From Schizochytrium sp. TIO01 (Eukaryota > Protista > Bigyra: Labyrinthulomycetes), in NCBI GenBank assembly GCA_004764695.1, contig SMSO01000037.1, positions 2,084,747 through 2,148,746 of the forward strand: a stretch of 64,000 nt of DNA, given 5' to 3'. Within the stretch, counting starts at the first letter, position 1; the number at the start of each line of letters is the position of its first letter. Of the stretch, positions 12,199 through 24,898 are shown one piece after another. A program made the position numbers and the translations under genes. The notes below the pieces were generated by a model. The model made no database searches. It was given only the letters and a program-made list of their open reading frames with translations, and was not told the DNA's origin.

Positions 12199-12858
12199 GT
12201 TCGCTCATTTCTTCTCCACGAGTTCTAGTTCTTACTCGAATACAGCTAAATGAGGTCCGCATCATGTAGGATATGTAAACATTTCTCCAATAAGGGCAAC
12301 GCTTTCCCTGTCTCTAATTAATCTTGATTTTTCCTAATATCGTTTGTGTTGTATCCTCTCGATTTGTTTATTTTGAGATGACTTTCCTATCATTGTTATT
12401 ATTGTCCCCTTCTTGTGAGATCTGTGTTTAGTTTTTACATGGTCTATGATACTCTTTTGTGTAATCGTTATGTTGGAAGAGACATAATAATCATTGTTGT
12501 GTTGAGAAAGGGAAACCATGGAGACCTAACGTTAGATATGATTAGATATGACGATTACATTCATGGAATGAGTGCCAATTCGGAGGAAAAAGCAGAACAA
12601 GTCATGGGAGCAAACCTGTGTATCAAGAGGAAGAAAAGAATGTATTCACATCAGAAAATGGCGCGTACATAGTAGTAATTTAGTAGTATCTTCGTCTAGG
12701 GTTGGTAGATATAAATCTAGTTTGAAGAAGAAGAAATCAGTCTGTCAATTCTATCTCTCGTCAAAAGCATGCAAGTAGGCAGGCAGAAGACAGGTCAGAG
12801 CGGTATTAGAAACCCTGAGCTGCCTGCTGTGTAGTTTTCACTACTTGAAGCATATGCT

Positions 12859-14346
12859 TTATGCGGAGAAGGTGTCAGAGTACCGCATGCTGGACTCCTC
12901 AAAGCCAACAGTGGGGAAGCTGCTGGCGAAGGCCTCAACATCAGCACGGAGGGCGTTGACCTCCTTGTGGCCACCCTGCTGGGCCTCAAGGAAGTCCTTG
13001 AAGTCCTTGACCTTCTTGCCGCTGACCTGGCCCTTGATGTCACGGGCAATCTGGACACCACGGTCGATGAAGTCGGCGACCTTGACGAAGTCAGCCTCGT
13101 CGAAGCCACGGGAGGTGAGGGCGGGGGTACCGAGACGGATACCACCGGGGATGAGAGCAGACTTGTCACCCGGAACGGTGTTCTTGTTGGTGGCAATGCT
13201 GGCGAGCTCAAGGACGCGCTCAACACGGGCACCGTCGATGTTGTGGCTCTTCTTAAGGTTGACGTTGACAAGGTGGTTGTCAGTGCCGCCAGACACAAGG
13301 GCGTAGCCGCGCTCGGTGAGGTTGTCGGCGAGGGCCTTGGAGTTCTTGAGAACCTGCTCCTGGTACTGCTTGTACTCGGGGCTCTGGACCTGCTTGAGGG
13401 CAGTGGCGAGGGCAGCGATGGTGTGGTTGTGGGGGCCACCCTGGAGGCCGGGGAAGACAGAGAAGTTGATCTTCTCGCCGAGGTCGGGGTGACCAGCGAT
13501 GCTGTGGCGGTAGAAGATCATGGCACCACGGGGTCCACGGAGGGACTTGTGGGTGGTGGTGGTGACGACGTCGGCGTACTCGAAGGGAGACGGGACGACA
13601 CCAGCGGCGACAAGACCAGAGATGTGAGCCATATCGGCCATCATGATAGAGTTGTGCTTGTCACAGACCTCACGGAAGCGCTTGTAGTCAAGGAGACGAG
13701 AGTAGGCGGAGGTACCGGCGACGACGAGCTTGGGGCGGAAGGCATCAGCGAGCTTCTCCATGTTGTCGTAGTCGATGAGACCAGTCTCCTCATCGAGGCG
13801 GTAGGGAAGGCTCTCGAAGTAGATGCTGGTGGCAGAAATCTTCTTGTTGGGGGTGGCGTAGCCGTGGCTCAAGTGACCACCGTGGGGGAGGTCGAGGGCC
13901 ATGAGGCGGTCGTGGGGGGCCATGACGGCGGAGTAGACCTGGAAGTTGGCGGGGGAGCCACTGAGGGTCTGGACGTTGACGCCCCACTCGTTGGGGTCAA
14001 GGCCGAAGGCGGCAAGGGCACGCTCCTGGCAGAGACGCTCGACCTTGTCGATGTAGTCGTTACCACCGTAGTAGCGAGCACCGGGGTAGCCCTCAGAGTA
14101 CTTGTTGGACATGTGGGATCCAAGAGCATCGTACACAGAGCGGGAGGTGAAGTTCTCAGAGGCAATGAGAACAAGGGAGTTGCGCTGGCGGCGCTTCTCG
14201 TACTCCATGATGTCCTGGAGCTCGGGGTCGGTCTCGGTGAGAGGCGCGTTGAGGGCGGAGGCCTGGGCCTTGAGGGCCTCGTTGCTGAACATGCGCTTCT
14301 GGCCGGCGACGGAGCGCGCGGCGCGCTGGAAGGAAACACGCATCAT
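12859..14346 (-). CDS. SHMT: Serine hydroxymethyltransferase, mitochondrial
   Basis: Motifs [33 protein letters not shown], the PLP-lysine motif [22 protein letters not shown] and [14 protein letters not shown]-terminal presequence; strong C-ending codon bias. Confidence 0.98.
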   Translation of the reverse strand: MMRVSFQRAARSVAGQKRMFSNEALKAQASALNAPLTETDPELQDIMEYEKRRQRNSLVLIASENFTSRSVYDALGSHMSNKYSEGYPGARYYGGNDYIDKVERLCQERALAAFGLDPNEWGVNVQTLSGSPANFQVYSAVMAPHDRLMALDLPHGGHLSHGYATPNKKISATSIYFESLPYRLDEETGLIDYDNMEKLADAFRPKLVVAGTSAYSRLLDYKRFREVCDKHNSIMMADMAHISGLVAAGVVPSPFEYADVVTTTTHKSLRGPRGAMIFYRHSIAGHPDLGEKINFSVFPGLQGGPHNHTIAALATALKQVQSPEYKQYQEQVLKNSKALADNLTERGYALVSGGTDNHLVNVNLKKSHNIDGARVERVLELASIATNKNTVPGDKSALIPGGIRLGTPALTSRGFDEADFVKVADFIDRGVQIARDIKGQVSGKKVKDFKDFLEAQQGGHKEVNALRADVEAFASSFPTVGFEESSMRYSDTFSA

Positions 14347-14370
14347 GTTGGCGACGGACGGGAGTTGTTT

Positions 14371-14639
14371 CTACACAACTAAACTGTATGAGTTAATCGA
14401 AGGGATAATTGTGATGTCAGTATTTTTCATACAAAGGATCAAAGTTAGTCATTTCCGCTTATTTCGTCGATGGGGGTCGATTTGATAGCACAAAGAACAA
14501 CAACAAAAAAAAATGTTGCTTGTTCGAGCTTTACATTAACCACTCTTTGCGCCGCTGCTTTACTCTCTTGCTTCTTCTGGCTTGCTCTGTCGCTTCTCAC
14601 ATTCATCTTTTTGTCACAAAGGTTGCTCCTAGTGCGTAC
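14371..14639 (-). other. Putative 5'-UTR intron of SHMT
   Basis: Minus-strand donor CCAA|GTACGC at 14639 and acceptor TTGTGTAG| at 14371, 25 nt before the ATG. The interior is AT-rich with an ACTGAC branch-like motif near 14420. Confidence 0.45.
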
Positions 14640-16157
14640 TTGGGACTAGCACACACTGAAGTCCCTTCGACGGAACAGCGAGAAACTAATTCCGCATGGT
14701 TCTTCATGATTCATAATATGAGAATGCGGGTGATCACCGTCTGGTTATTTAAGACTGGTGCCCTCGACTGGGCCATGGCTACGCCACAGAAATCGTGCTC
14801 ATCTGCATTTGCCATTGCAAAGCATCCCCGACAACAAGGTCATTCAGGGCCACAAAATAGAAATCATGTCGAATCATTAAAAATATCCGAGCGAGCGATA
14901 TCTGAAATGTGAGGTCTAAATGAGAATGCTTTGATGCGCTGCAATGCATATCGACCGACTGACAGTCAGTCTGGTTTGTCTCGAAAACAGTAGTGAGGCA
15001 AGAGTGTATCTCAACATGATAGCTAGTATTTCGCCACTGGCAACACCCTCATCATGAAAAACGAGTTTTAAAGATGGTTGTTGAGATCATCGGTTAACAC
15101 CCTCACCATCTAGCTCAAGCAAACCCAACAATCAACTTGCAGCTGCGAGCAGGCTTCGGCTGTCCACGCATAGCTCAGGCAAGTATGCAACTAGCTACTT
15201 TGTGTTGATTGTTCTATGCTATGTAGAGGGAACAAAACCACGCAAAAAGCAAAAGCAAAGGCAAGGCAAGGCAAAGGCGGCGATCCAGACGAGAATAACG
15301 CAAAACAAAGGACAGCTTGCTCAGGCAGGGCAGCTGCAGCAGGCAGCTCGAGCAAGCCGAAGAAGAAGCCTAGAGGTTGGCAGGGCGGCGTGGAAACCAG
15401 TCTCCATGCTTGGGCACTCACGTTTGCACAAAGCTTCGAAGCGGAGTTCGAAGAGGTTCTGCTGCCAACTTGCGCTGCGATCAATCCATCGATCTCGCTT
15501 CTTTCCAGCAATGTGCCTAATTACCCATTATTCCAAGATAGTCTTTTTTCTTTTTCTTGCTCCTTCCCCTTATCTCCTCCCTTATCTTATCTTATCTTTC
15601 CTTTTCTTTTCTTTTTTCTTTTTCTTTTTTCTTTTTGTCTCCCTTTCTTTCTTTCTTCCTTCGTTATTGTTGTTGCTTTTCTTTTGAACACTCTACTTTT
15701 CCATGGGCGCCTCCATATACGGGAACACTAACTGATTACACCAGCAGTTGTCTGGTCTGCTTTGCTGCTCACCTTTTCTTTTTCGCTCCTTTTCTTCACA
15801 TATCGATCGCCTTTACACTCTCTCTCCTCTCTCCGCGTACGACTCCTTTTCTTTTCTTCTGCTGCTAACTTTTTTCGACTTTCTCCACTTTCCTCTTCCT
15901 CATCTCCAACTAAACCAACTCTTGGAGAGAAGAAAAGGAAAGAAAAGAAAAGAAAAGAAAAACACAACTGAGATAGCCAACTAGTACCTTACTTTATTTT
16001 AGTGTTTTGTTTTTCAAGATAAAGAAAAGAAAAGTAAAGTAAAGGAAAGAGAATACGTCTTGATTTCCTTTACTAAGAAGTAACTTGAGATATCGAAAGC
16101 TTAGCTCTACTCCGTTCTATTGCATTCTAACCTGTTCTCTCCTTTCCTCTTCTCTTC

Positions 16158-16202
16158 TTTTCTTTTCTTTTCTTTTCTTTTCTTTTCTTTTCTTTTCTTT
16201 TC
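16158..16202. repeat. (TTTTC)9 microsatellite
   Basis: Perfect pentanucleotide tandem repeat. Confidence 0.95.
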
Positions 16203-16643
16203 GCTGAGTGGAAATTGCGCCGCTCCTAGGAATGGGTAAGCAACGCCTACGCCGCACGAGCAGCGGCAAAAACATCATCGTCGCTGGAGGAAACGTGAAC
16301 TTCTCTCCTTCCTCTTCGTCATTCTCTGCAAAACAATCAAAGCAAAGCCCACGAGCACAGCAGAAGCGCCTTCTTCTGCATCCGCCGCTCTATCGTAGTC
16401 TCCACGGCTCCTGGGCATCGCCACCAACGATACGTATGTCATGTCATCCCATGTCATGTATGTGAAACCAAACAAAGCCAGAAATAAGCTAAAGTCATTC
16501 ACAATTCGTTCACTCATTTCACCAAATCATCGAAATCTGAAGAACTTTGTGAGCAAAGCTTTTATGCTCCTTACGTCGAAACGACCATATTGTGCAAAAG
16601 CAGAAGATATCATACCAACGTTGTATCATATTTAAACGACTAA

Positions 16644-16646
<3 letters not shown>

Positions 16647-16682
<36 letters not shown>
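16647..16682. repeat. (GAAA)9 microsatellite
   Basis: Perfect tetranucleotide tandem repeat. Confidence 0.95.
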
Positions 16683-16684
<2 letters not shown>

Positions 16685-18787
16685 GTGCTCTTCATTTCTT
16701 TCAAAGTTTGCGACCTCCTACAGCAAAAGGTGCGACATTAGAGTAAAGGCTAGCGGCTGTTATCGTTTTCGCCACCGCAGCCGCAGATTATTTATTACCC
16801 GCTGAGAAGAAAGCAGAGAGACAGCTTTTCTTTCGCTTCCGCTGCGTTGTGAAGGCGCCTTGTGGCATAAACGGAGTCAGTTTGAAAGAAAGGAGGAGCG
16901 TAGTTATTGCGTTGATTGTATTGAATTGTATTGAATTGTGCTGTATTGAATTGGCTGATGGATGTTTATGGCTGTAGCTATCTATACAAGTTGAGCTGTC
17001 TCCTGCAAAGGGCGCCAAAGTTTTTTCTGTTTTTTGACTTTTGGCATTTCTTTCTTTTGTATCTTCTTTATCTTCAGGCACAAGTGCCCAATCTTAGCTT
17101 ACTTTTTCTTTATCTTCCTATTTAAAATTTAGTGACTTGAACTTGAGGTAAAATAATAAAAGATGAGTTACCTGATTCTACAATTGGATCCTCGAACAAA
17201 TTGTGAATAATGATGAAGATGCAATCCAAGCCAACAGCAAAGCAATCCAAACACGGCACATGACGGGCACCTCTATCAACACATAAGAACAAGAGACCTC
17301 TTCTTCATGAGACCCACAACCATCACTGAGTTATCTCCTCTGTGCTTTCAAGTTATCTTCAATTTTCTTTCTCCAACATAGCTTTTCTTTTCCTAGCTTG
17401 CCTTTTCTCGCCTCCTTACCCACACACCTAATGCAACCCTACCCTAAACCATAGCCCTGGCACCATCGCTTTCCTTTTCTTTTCCCTGCCATTCTCCACA
17501 ACGACTGCACTGCTAACCCCCTCCTACACATTCAGCTAGAGCACGGGTGCCTACAAACCCAGTAAGAGTTATTAGGAGTAATTAGGTATACCCACTAGAA
17601 TACCTTCAAGTGCTCTCTCTTTGCTCTTTCTTTTCCCATCTCAAATGATCGAGCGAACGAATGAATAAGTGAATCAATCAATGAATGAATCAATGATCAA
17701 TCGATCGGTAAGGCCTTGAAGCACGTTATTTGTGTCTACAGCAGTGCAACCTGCGCATAAGCAGTGCGATGAGGCTGCTTCGAGGAGAATCTGCCGTCGA
17801 TTTCTGCGGATCTGAAAGAAGTGCCTTTCATGATTGATTTTTTAAAATAAAAATAATTTAAATAAATTAAAAGAAACATTAAAAAAAAATCAAACTTCAT
17901 CTTAAAATCGCTCTCTTCCGCCGCCTCTTATCCCTCCGTGGCGCAAAGGCCTGGCGTCTGCCGGAACTTGTATCTGTGCTTCCGCAGCAAGCCGCCTTCT
18001 GCAAGCAGGAGAATCAGGCCTCCGGAGGCGCCTCAAGCGCAGCGTGGGGTAACGCGGGGAACTGTTTACTGACTTGACTTCACGCGAGAGACAGAGAGAG
18101 AGAGAGAGATAAAGAAAGAGAAGGAGAAAGAGAAAGAAAGAGAGAGAAAGCGACTTCACGGCGTGTGAGAGGACGCGGCGATCATTGAAGAAGAAGCAGT
18201 CAGGCGAAGTAAAGAAACTGGCTGTTGGATAATGCGTGTGGAAAACGTGGCGGAAGGGGCGCTGGAGATGCTCGCCAAGCTCTGCGCTGGAGCCAAACCT
18301 GCGCCGGAGAAGACTTCGCTGAGGCGTGGTAGAAGAAGAAGAAGAAGAAGAAGAACTTGAAGATGCGGATTTAGAATTGAGGAGGATACGGCTGTTTAAA
18401 GTTGCGTTGTGTTGCGTTGCATTGCATTGCATTGCATTGCAATTTGCGATTATCGCGTTCTACGGGAATCGTGGGGAAGGGTGGGGGAAATTCAAAACTA
18501 GCTGGGTTGTTGGATATTTTGGATGGTGATATTTCATTGATCGTTGTCTCCTTTTATCTATCCATAAAATGAGAATAGGAAAAGAAAGATTATGATGTGA
18601 AGTTCTTGCAGTATGATTATGGGCCGTAACCCAGGAGGCGCCGGGAATATACAGCTTTTAATTCAATCTGCTGGCAAGACACGCGCGTGAGAGCTCAGAG
18701 CGATCTCAACACGGAAAAACAGTTGGTTGTCTTTTCATTTGCTTGTTTGATTGTTCTCATTTGCTTATTTGATTGTTTGTTTGCTTA

Positions 18788-18788
<1 letters not shown>

Positions 18789-18836
<48 letters not shown>

Positions 18837-18859
18837 CTGACTGACTGACTGACTGACTG
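18789..18859. repeat. Compound (TTGA)n(CTGA)n microsatellite
   Basis: A TTGA run switches to a CTGA run near 18837. Confidence 0.95.
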
Positions 18860-21800
18860 CTGCTCGTAAATTACACTTTCATCATTGTGGTGAGAACTAA
18901 GAAAAGTGAGAAGTGAGTGAAGGGGAAAGAAAAAAGAAAATTGCGGATCACTGATTCATGTTAGAAAAGCTCTTGAATTTTTGAATTTTTGAATTTGAAC
19001 TTTTGAATTTTTGAAATTGAGAACTCCAAAGTAAAATTGGAAACTCAGGAGAACTCCAACTGAGGTTCAGGGCATCGACGCTTGAGATAAAGACAAGGCG
19101 GCTCTGGCTTCTGACTTCCTGGCTACGCTCTGCAGCGGGAGCACCGGTATGCTCTGGAGGCCGCCGCACTCAGCCTTGCCAACGAGGCGAAACCGCACTG
19201 GGTCGACGAGCACAGCGTGGCTCGTCTTCGAGCAGAAAAGCTGTACTGCTACGAACAAGAAAAAGAGAAAATGTACCTCTGCAAAGCTTCTTCCAACTAC
19301 TGTGGTTGTCTTATAATTAGACGATCTTCGTAAACTCCAAGCCGTTCGAGACGCCATAACTACATTCGCTCGAAATGGCCGGCATTTCACTGGCACCGGC
19401 ACTACATCTCACCACGTAGCGAGAGCCTGCTCACTCCCGATCGGTCCTTGCGTTGGATGCACACCAGGTCGCTCAAATGATCGGCGAGACAGCTAGAAGA
19501 TTTGGAGATATGCGCCAGACCACAAGCGCAGACTTTGGGGTCTTCTTCGAAACTACTCTACGACCCCTCACTGATTCGGAGCTAGCTAGAACTGCCAACG
19601 TAGTAAGCAGGCAGGTCCTACAATGCTGCGGTTGGCGATGAACACTCCCTTCAAAGCTAGTAAAATGCGGCGCTACTTAGGACGGACCCTTGAGCGAGCT
19701 GTGAGCTCTAACTAAGGGACAAGGCCAAGCTATAAAGCCAAAAGCCTTTTATAACACGTTGCTCGTACATACAGAGAGGCTGCATATATCATAGATGGTC
19801 GGTGCGAACTTGCAGACGTCTCAACTAAGTTTCCGAAATCAGTCAATCTTAGAGAGAAGCAACTTGAATTTCATCGAACAAATAAATCAAAACTAGATTG
19901 AACAAAGAGCACATTAGACCGCCAGTGGATCACACCAAACTGAACTTGCAGGCTCTGATAATGTAGAAACGAAGTGGCGGTGAATCAGTTCTCCTGCGCG
20001 GACTCAGCTTCCTCGGCTTTCATGCTACTCGTCAATTGCGTCTCTGCTCTGTGCTGCCCGTGCAATGGTGATAAAAGCTGGGGACGCGCATTCTGATTAA
20101 AGTCTACAACGCTTTTGCTAGACACAACAAGGACAAACAAACAAACGAAATTTACTCATGAAAGTGAGATTCTGTTCGCATTCCACCCCCCCATACCTAG
20201 GTTCCTTCCTCCCTATGAAGAAACACGAGCATACCTAGTGAATGGCACTCACTCGGCTTGTTCTATGCTCAGATTGCTGCAACTTGCTTCTTACTTGCTA
20301 ATTCCACGGGTCGGTAGAACTAGCTGTTGATGTTGAAAATAGCAAGAGTTCGTAAGTTGTGGTACTTGCTGCGCCTGTGAGGTATTTCTCTCATTACACC
20401 CTGAACGAATCAAGCCCAGAGGTACACGATAAAATAGAAGCAGAACTCTGATCCCCTTTTGAGTTGTTTCCTCTTCAATGCTGATCTTACCATCTTTTAT
20501 TTCTTTATTCTATTTTAGTTTATTTTCATTTACTTTTAAGAACAGAACAGAGCGCGATGGAAGTTGTCGCACTGCTGTTTTCTGTTGGTTTGCTCTAATC
20601 AAAGCATGCTCAAAGCTGATAAAGTGTCCACCAGCGTGACGCAGTTGTCCATCTGACTTACGCCTCTCGCCTGCCTGCTCATCAATACTAGGACCTACCC
20701 ATTTACAGGAGATGTTCTGATGCTGTTAAGATCGGGCTTGTGTCTGTTCTTAAGGACTAAGCTCGTAAGACAAGTTGAGTAGCGGAGATTCACTTCGGTC
20801 GCAGATTTAATGAAAAAGTGACTCAGATACCAGGTGCCTAGGCCTAACTACGCAACTACCTAGCTGGGTAAGAGCAAATTAATTTGTCGCACACCAAAAA
20901 CTCCAAACTTCACATGGGTCCCTTTTCTTTCTTTTTGTTTTGTTCTATGAAGAGCTCTGAAAAGATGGCCAGTGTCTTTGTTGTGGTAGAGAAAGGAAGG
21001 AAAGAGTAGGCACGCTGACACTTATGTCATAGAAGAAATACTTGCTGGGAGTGCTAGACCAAGTACTACTTTGATTTGTCTCAGCTGTTTCAGGAGTTCG
21101 AATAACCAATACGAATCACGATTCACAAAGAAGGTGACCAAAGGTGGTGCTTCCCATGAAAAAAACGTGTGGCACAAACTCCTTATAGTGACAGTTATCA
21201 AAAGTAGATCGCTGCTGTAAGGGCTTCCCAGGTAGGCTTAAAGAATTATGGGACCACCACGATGACGACGATATAAATTGCGGAGGGTCCATTGTGACCG
21301 TTGTCATCCATCACAAACTATACTGTGATGTTCTTTAAATTGATAAGATGGCGCTTAAGTAGAAAGAATATAGTTACCTGGTCTTAGGCCTTTGGAATAT
21401 TGCTATATTAAATAATGCAAGTCAGTAAATATATTCATCTGAAATAATGAGAAAGACTAGATTAACAATGACAATGTGCAAGAGGTACAAACTTTGAACA
21501 TTCGAATTTATTAATTCGAAGGATTCGCATATTGGCGAAACTTTAAGAGAAAATCTACTTCATATGCTTCGTTTTTAAACTGAGAGGTGCCTGCCCTGTC
21601 TTTACAAAGACCCAGCCCTCTTTCATGAACAAATACACAGATAGGCACAACATCTTTGCTAGGAGGCCCTTGTTCTTTGTATGACGCGTTAAGTACCTGC
21701 CAATGTTGTAATTACTGAGGTCTTAATATTCGAAATGAGACCACCAATGTGTACTGTCATTGCCTAGATTGTTTGTTGAAGCCAGGCAGATCTTCTAAGG

Positions 21801-21906
21801 AGAGTTTTAATGCATCCTGCCTGCTGAAGATATCGTAACAATTTCCAGCAAAATGTAACCTCACTACAGCAAGTTCTCCGTTCGTGCATCCCTTTCACGA
21901 TCTAGT

Positions 21907-21968
21907 CCTACATCTAGCCTGGATTGAATAGGTAAAGCCTACATCTAGCCTGGATTGAATAGGTAAAG
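21907..21968. repeat. Perfect 31-bp tandem duplication
   Basis: CCTACATCTAGCCTGGATTGAATAGGTAAAG occurs twice head-to-tail. Confidence 0.95.
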
Positions 21969-22372
21969 CATCATCGCTATGCTTCGTACTACTCAACAAC
22001 TTCTTGTCACGATGGGGCCCCTCTGTTCTAGTATCCCGCTCTAGTTAATCAGAAAGCCCGAGTCCCCGAAGTCCCGAGCGAACAGGGAAACTTCCCTTGC
22101 AATAGGATTTTTCTCTGTTCGTGAATGGTGTCAACATAGTAGTAGTTACTTATTAATTGTTAGGCCCAGAGTGAAAGATCCGGATAATAGAGAAAACACT
22201 GTAGGCACCATAAACTGCGATAGGATGGCGACTAAAGATTTTGAAGCCTTTCAATGGTTGAATGTGATCACCAAACACGGGCAGCAGAACCGAATCGAGC
22301 GAAGAAACCAACCATAAACTCCAAGGATCTAAGAGAAGCCGTGGCTTTTGAGAAGTAAAAACAGCTAACACC

Positions 22373-22849
22373 ATGACAACTATCCTGGACCTTCTCCCTG
22401 AGTACTACGGCCTTGTGCCGTTGTCGCTCATCGTTTCAACGATAAGCGTTGTGAGCCTCGGTGGTGCCGTTATGAAGGCCCGCAAGCTTCACAAGGTTGA
22501 GTACCCTGACATGTATGCCACCGTGATTGAGGTCGATGGCAAGAAGTACACCAACGCCAAGGACCCCGAAAGTGCCTTTGCCTTCAATTCGGCTCAGCGC
22601 GGACACCAGAACACCCTTGAGTCTCACTACTACTTTCTCATCCTCACCGTCGTCGGTGGTCTTGCTGCCCCCATCATTGCCTCTGCCAGTCTTCTGATCT
22701 CCACCCTTGGATGCACCCAGTACGCTCGTCAGTACGCTGAGGGTGGCCCCACCAACCGTAACAACAAGCTCGCCATCTGCAAGTACCTTGGAATCCTTGG
22801 TCTCCTCGGATGCAATGGCTACCTGTCTTACCTTCTCTTTACCAAGTAA
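22373..22849 (+). CDS. MAPEG family protein (microsomal glutathione S-transferase 3-like)
   Basis: Motifs VMKARKLHKVEYPDMYA and FNSAQRGHQNTLE; hydrophobic helices; CACCATG start; biased codon use. Confidence 0.9.
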   Translation: MTTILDLLPEYYGLVPLSLIVSTISVVSLGGAVMKARKLHKVEYPDMYATVIEVDGKKYTNAKDPESAFAFNSAQRGHQNTLESHYYFLILTVVGGLAAPIIASASLLISTLGCTQYARQYAEGGPTNRNNKLAICKYLGILGLLGCNGYLSYLLFTK

Positions 22850-23779
22850 AATCAATCTTCAATAAGGAGCCAAGCCGATGTGGGAAAGGCTTTTGAGTTT
22901 GTGTCTCATGTAAACTCTCGCACCATCGAAACGCAGTCGCCAAACATCGACCAGATTCTTGACGTATGTCACACGAAAGGATCCTGATAGTGTGAGGCCG
23001 TAGAACTTGTTTTTTTACTTCTTACTAATAAGCCCAACATTCTAGCTTTTATCTCTTTGATCATCAGGATTAGTCAAAACCAACCTCGAAAATAGTTGCA
23101 TTTCTGTCACCCCGTTTTTGCTTCTTTATTCTAAAGTTTGTTTGGTATATATGGCGTGTGCGGTATGTATCATCTCTTTTCCCACTCTCCTTTTGGAAAC
23201 AAGTTTATGTGTTGATATTCAGTTTTAGATTTTCTATTTGAAAGAATAAATTTTAATGAATACCACCACTTATTTAAATTCTAGATTTCTAAATCCAAGA
23301 GGATTCTAACCACGTACGTTAGTTCTGAGTCAGAGCTGTGGTTCGCGTTACGACGACATTTTTCTGAATTCAACTTAGCATAGTTTATATTTTGTTGTTG
23401 TTGCAAAAAGAGTAGTCGCTTGTCAAATTATGTCACCCATACTTAAGTTGTCCAACCCAGCAAATAATATTTCACCTTACCCTGTCCTTATATAAAGATC
23501 CTAGAAATTGTGTGATGCAATAACTCCATCAATAACCAGACCAAAGACTTTTCTTTTTTGAACAATCAACAATCTATTTGTTCTCCATTTAGCTCCTCTC
23601 ATCACCATCGCCAGTTTTTGCTGTCACTTTTGCTCTTGCTTCTTATATGCTTCAAACAAGATCTTCTCTTTCTTATTCTTATTCTTTTTCTCATACTCAG
23701 TCACAAATGACCTGTCTTTCAACAATAATAATATCAAGGAGGACCAAAACAAATTTCTAACGCACGTCTGGTCTTGAGA

Positions 23780-24898
23780 ATGGCACAAGAAAGCCTTCAG
23801 CCAAGAAAGCCTCAAGCTCCCCCAGGCGAGCACTCGGGGCCATCGAATGTCGCGCAACCCTCTCGTAGGCCCCGCCCGCTCTCTGAACGACCTGACAACG
23901 GCGAGGCTGCAGCAAACCATGCGACCGGTAGTGCCCAAGCACAGAAGAAAAACTTGTCCCCTAGACCTCCCCCTCGCAAAGTCAAAGATGGAGACGGTGA
24001 TAAGAGTGGAGAGAACAATCTCGCAATAAAGGAACCTGAAGATAGGCCTCAAACCCCTCCAGAACCTGATACGCCAACTGCCAAAGGTTTACGTGCAGCA
24101 GCCCAGGAAGTAGAAGCGAGTAAGGCAGCAACGTCCTCTAAACTTCAAGCAGCTGCAGCACATATTGTGCGAAATTCTGAAGACAGTAGTGGGAGTAAAG
24201 ATGGAGAACAAAGCGACTACGAAGAAGACAATGACGATTATGAAGAGGAGGGAGAGGAGGAGGAGGAGGAGGAGGAGGAGGGTAGTGAAAAAGAGACTAC
24301 GAAAGAAAAAACAAAAAAGTCCTTACGTGAGGCAACCCAAGAAATCAATAATGACAAAGAGAATGTATTAAACTCAAATCAACGTTCTGGAGCCGAAGAT
24401 CGAGTGGCTAAAGGGGAGAAACAGCAGCTCGAAGAGGAGCAACTTGTGGAAGAACCTAGAGATCCAGAAGATCCAGAGGATACGCGAACGCCAATGAGTG
24501 AAGAAGGAGTGAAAACATTACTGCGATGCGCTTTTCACGGAGATATGCGTCGCGCCGAGAAAGTTCTGCAAGAGCAAACCACAGATCTTGGGGTACAAGA
24601 AGTTAGTGTTAACTGCATTGATAAGCATGGGTGGACGCCATTGCATTGGTCTGCATCTCGTTGCCATGCACGATTTACACAATTTCTCTTACAACATGGC
24701 GCGCAAGTCCACGCAAGAGAGTATACAAATGGATGGACTCCACTCCATGTCGCAGCTATTGCTGCATCATCTGATGCGTACGATGTTGCTGAAGTTCTCA
24801 TCAACCACGGAGCAAGTCGTCGAGTTTTTGATCGCTGGGGTGATATACCTCATGAAGTGGCGCCCCGTCCTACAAAAGGTGGTGGCAAAAAGGAGTGA
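23780..24898 (+). CDS. Ankyrin repeat protein with disordered/acidic N-terminus (C-terminus uncertain)
   Basis: Ankyrin motifs DKHGWTPLHWSA...LLQHGA, NGWTPLHVAA...LINHGA and DRWGDIPHEVA; poly-Glu tract at ~24245-24280. Confidence 0.85.
   Translation: MAQESLQPRKPQAPPGEHSGPSNVAQPSRRPRPLSERPDNGEAAANHATGSAQAQKKNLSPRPPPRKVKDGDGDKSGENNLAIKEPEDRPQTPPEPDTPTAKGLRAAAQEVEASKAATSSKLQAAAAHIVRNSEDSSGSKDGEQSDYEEDNDDYEEEGEEEEEEEEEGSEKETTKEKTKKSLREATQEINNDKENVLNSNQRSGAEDRVAKGEKQQLEEEQLVEEPRDPEDPEDTRTPMSEEGVKTLLRCAFHGDMRRAEKVLQEQTTDLGVQEVSVNCIDKHGWTPLHWSASRCHARFTQFLLQHGAQVHAREYTNGWTPLHVAAIAASSDAYDVAEVLINHGASRRVFDRWGDIPHEVAPRPTKGGGKKE

Noticed and set aside
12967-14382. 471-aa + strand ORF antisense to SHMT (and other overlapping ORFs there)
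   Set aside because: It mirrors the SHMT frame; strong codon bias removes antisense stops; no motif.
14350-14900. Riboswitch (TPP/THF/glycine) in the SHMT leader
   Set aside because: No aptamer consensus recognised by eye; an Infernal/Rfam scan would be needed to exclude it fully.
15191-16000. Several 80-170 aa ORFs rich in F/L/S or K/R/E
   Set aside because: Translations of CT/GA low-complexity tracts.
21907-21968. CRISPR-like 31-bp repeat
   Set aside because: Two adjacent copies with no spacer, no cas genes, eukaryotic context.
22436-22855. 139-aa ORF antisense to the MAPEG gene
   Set aside because: Same codon-bias shadow effect.
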